NCBI GenBank assembly: GCA_035290085.1
Contig: DATDVK010000110.1
Coordinates: forward strand, 1 to 33,411
Length of the DNA: 33,411 nucleotides
Reading direction: 5' to 3'
Origin: Candidatus Peribacteraceae bacterium
GTDB lineage: Bacteria; Patescibacteriota; Gracilibacteria; Peribacterales; Peribacteraceae
Part shown: positions 31,388 to 33,411 of the stretch, piece after piece
How positions within the stretch are numbered: the stretch's first letter is position 1
Layout of the letters: each line of letters starts with the position of its first letter
Made by a program: the position numbers and the translations under genes
Notes under the pieces: model-generated
Told to the model about the DNA's origin: nothing
The model's input: the letters and a program-made list of their open reading frames with translations, nothing else
Database searches by the model: none

Positions 31388-33411
31388 ATGCGCCTCACCC
31401 GCATTCTGGTCCTGAGTTGCATTGTTCTCCTCCTCCCCATGCAGGGGGTGCACGCCCAGAGCAGTTTCTTTGATGTGTTTTTTGACCTTGATTCTCAGCC
31501 GGGGCAACCCGATCTCCCGCCATTCAGCGAGATTTCCCCTCCGTCGCCGGATACGTCTCAGGTCGGGAGTTTCTTCGATATCTTCTCTCAGATTGATATT
31601 CCAGAGCTTACGGAATGTAATCCCTGTGATGTGCTGAAGGCAGAACTCGAGGCAGCACAGGAAGAAGCTGTGGAGCTTGATGGTGCTCTTCGCGATGTGT
31701 ATTTCTCTCTCGATGGAGCGTCTCAGGAGCGAATGCGGCTGGGACAATTCCTCCGGGAGGCGGAACTTCTTCTCAGCGATCTCACCGATCCCCGCAGCTG
31801 GGTGGAGTCTGGCGGGAAGCGCATCGATACGTCTGATCTGCGTGTCATGGAAGCATACAATGCAGAGCTGTGGGAGTCCTATAAGTCTGGTTTCATGACG
31901 GCGGAGGAGTATCAGCAGCGTCTCACCCAGGGGTTAACTAATGAGGAGCGTACAGCAAGGAAACAGGAGATGATCAAGAATGTCCGCAAGCAGGTGAAGG
32001 ATCTGAAAAAGCAGCTCGAGGAGGCGAAGGAGAAAGAAGGGGATCTTGCAGCGCAGGCGGATGAACTTGAGGGACTGCTCGCTGCGGTGCGGGGACGCAT
32101 CGAGGACCTTCTGCGGAAGCTTGAAGAATGTCTGCAACGGTGTGTGGAGGGGCCGGTGAACATTGTCGAGGATTTCGGCATGGGGCAGGTGGAGGGGCCG
32201 AGCCTGCTTGAGCGTCTCTTTGGCTGGCTGTTCGGCGGTGAGCCGGAACCGCCGGCAGATACGCCTGCGGATGATCTTGGCTTTCCACCGCTGGGTGTTC
32301 CATTGCCGCCGGCATTATTCCCCCCCGGCTTTCTGGATTCGCTGTCCATTCCTCCCCCGTCAGGTCCCCTTGAGGGCTTCAGTCCCGGGATTGTCCTGCC
32401 CCCGTTCCCGCTTGTCCTGCCGGAGTGTGCCGAGTGTGATGAACTTCTCCAGATGATTCAGGAGATCGAGGATGAGCTCCAGGCTGTCGGGAAAGATTTG
32501 GATACTCTGAACGACGAACTTCTGGAGGCTCTGCTCGATGAGCACGATGCAGAACGGAGGCGGGATGATGTGCAAAAACGCCTCGAGGCATTTACGAATC
32601 CGCGGTCATCGGCTCAGTCAGGCGGTCATAGCATCACTTCCGCCGATCTTGAGGTCATGCGGGACTACAACCGCAGCCTCTGGCAGCAGTACCGCAGCGG
32701 AGACCTTACCGCACAGGAACTTGAGCAGAAGTGGGAGGAAGGTCTCTCGGATGCCGAGCGTGAGCAGCTCAAGGAAAAAATGAAAGAGCAGCTTGAGCAG
32801 GAGCTTGCGGATGCACAGAGGGAACTGGACGAGGTCAGTACGCATGCAGAAGATCTTCTGCAGCTTTTCAACGACACACTCGAAGCGGCGAACGGTCTCC
32901 TTGAGGAGTTGCAGAGACTGCAGGAGGAATATGATGCATGCATTCAAGAGTGCATCGATGAGGAAGAGATAAAGGTCGGTGGATTTGGAGTATTCCTTCC
33001 TCTGCCGGATGATTTCCAGGATGGATCAGAGTCCGGTATCGGTGGCACGGCGACGTTCAGCAATGGGGTTGTCATACAACCGGGACAGCCGCTTGATGTG
33101 AATGATCTTCTCAAAAAATCAGACCAATTTGATCCGCAGACGGGAGAGCTGGATTTGGGGGGCCTGAAGTACAGGTTCGATGCCGGGAACAATCTGGTTC
33201 CCAGCGGAGAGGAGAATGCCGCTCCTGTCATTCCATCAGACGGCGTAGAGGACAGAGGTTTCTTCTGTAGGATATTCGGGCTCTTCTGCCCGGAGGAGGC
33301 CGAGCTCCCTCTGCCGGCATTCGGTGATTACGTTGATTGTGTGGCACAGAAATCTCAGGAGCCTTCCTGCATGCCATTCGATGCGAATGAGGATGGTGCA
33401 GTGGATCTTGC
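31388..33411 (+). CDS. Large secreted protein, N-terminal part (3' end runs off the window): signal peptide, two ~175-aa Cys-bounded coiled-coil modules, Pro-rich linker, D-x-N-x-D-G motif at the edge
   Basis: It is not in the ORF track, presumably because it has no stop in the window. I translated all 674 codons by hand and found no stop. The N-terminus MRLTRILVLSCIVLLLPMQGVHA-QS is a signal peptide. TTGGCAAACTAT at 31347-31358 is a possible promoter. Confidence 0.75.
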   Translation, partial: MRLTRILVLSCIVLLLPMQGVHAQSSFFDVFFDLDSQPGQPDLPPFSEISPPSPDTSQVGSFFDIFSQIDIPELTECNPCDVLKAELEAAQEEAVELDGALRDVYFSLDGASQERMRLGQFLREAELLLSDLTDPRSWVESGGKRIDTSDLRVMEAYNAELWESYKSGFMTAEEYQQRLTQGLTNEERTARKQEMIKNVRKQVKDLKKQLEEAKEKEGDLAAQADELEGLLAAVRGRIEDLLRKLEECLQRCVEGPVNIVEDFGMGQVEGPSLLERLFGWLFGGEPEPPADTPADDLGFPPLGVPLPPALFPPGFLDSLSIPPPSGPLEGFSPGIVLPPFPLVLPECAECDELLQMIQEIEDELQAVGKDLDTLNDELLEALLDEHDAERRRDDVQKRLEAFTNPRSSAQSGGHSITSADLEVMRDYNRSLWQQYRSGDLTAQELEQKWEEGLSDAEREQLKEKMKEQLEQELADAQRELDEVSTHAEDLLQLFNDTLEAANGLLEELQRLQEEYDACIQECIDEEEIKVGGFGVFLPLPDDFQDGSESGIGGTATFSNGVVIQPGQPLDVNDLLKKSDQFDPQTGELDLGGLKYRFDAGNNLVPSGEENAAPVIPSDGVEDRGFFCRIFGLFCPEEAELPLPAFGDYVDCVAQKSQEPSCMPFDANEDGAVDL

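Noticed and set aside
1-33411. CRISPR arrays, cas genes, restriction-modification, toxin-antitoxin or other defence systems; transposases, integrases or phage genes; rRNA or tRNA genes
   Set aside because: I noticed no regularly spaced direct repeats of CRISPR type and no ORF with nuclease, methylase, integrase or transposase motifs. Every large ORF has a metabolic, housekeeping or secreted-hypothetical assignment. This is a by-eye scan only.

Overview
Gene-dense, bacterial-style locus with sigma70-like promoters, rho-independent terminators and the standard genetic code (TGA stops, ATGA overlaps). Most genes lie on the minus strand. It is probably from an uncultivated bacterium; that placement is inference only. 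Recognisable content: (1) A near-complete mevalonate pathway built from archaeal-type enzymes. On the minus strand it runs MVK-MVD, then GNAT, then class I HMGR - HMG-CoA synthase - thiolase - a DUF35-like OB fold fused to a guanylate-kinase-like kinase. UPP synthase and type 1 IPP isomerase are nearby. (2) An alpha-glucan cluster (GT4/5 synthase-like, GH57, GH15) directly downstream of a Crp/Fnr regulator. (3) Housekeeping genes: trpS, maf, an RluA-family pseudouridine synthase, an IMPase-family phosphatase, a YgjP/DUF45 metallohydrolase, pdxS/pdxT, an aminotransferase, a LysE exporter, an MFS transporter, a D-2-hydroxyacid dehydrogenase and a GT-C membrane glycosyltransferase. (4) Several secreted, Cys-pair-containing, charged helical hypothetical proteins. 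Not in the supplied ORF track: a stop-free ORF of more than 674 codons, with a signal peptide, runs from 31388 off the 3' edge. The ORF at the 5' edge is also open to nt 2. If the sequence were circular, the two would join in frame. Non-coding highlights: two copies of a palindromic MITE-like element whose end forms the -10 box of a leaderless gene start; a roughly 145-nt intergenic repeat present three times; an 8-mer repeat palindrome upstream of pdxS; an orphan promoter/terminator pair that may be a small RNA; and a 600-nt gap with no convincing ORF. No rRNA, tRNA, CRISPR array, transposase, integrase or obvious defence genes were seen. All homology calls come from motif recognition by eye, not from searches.
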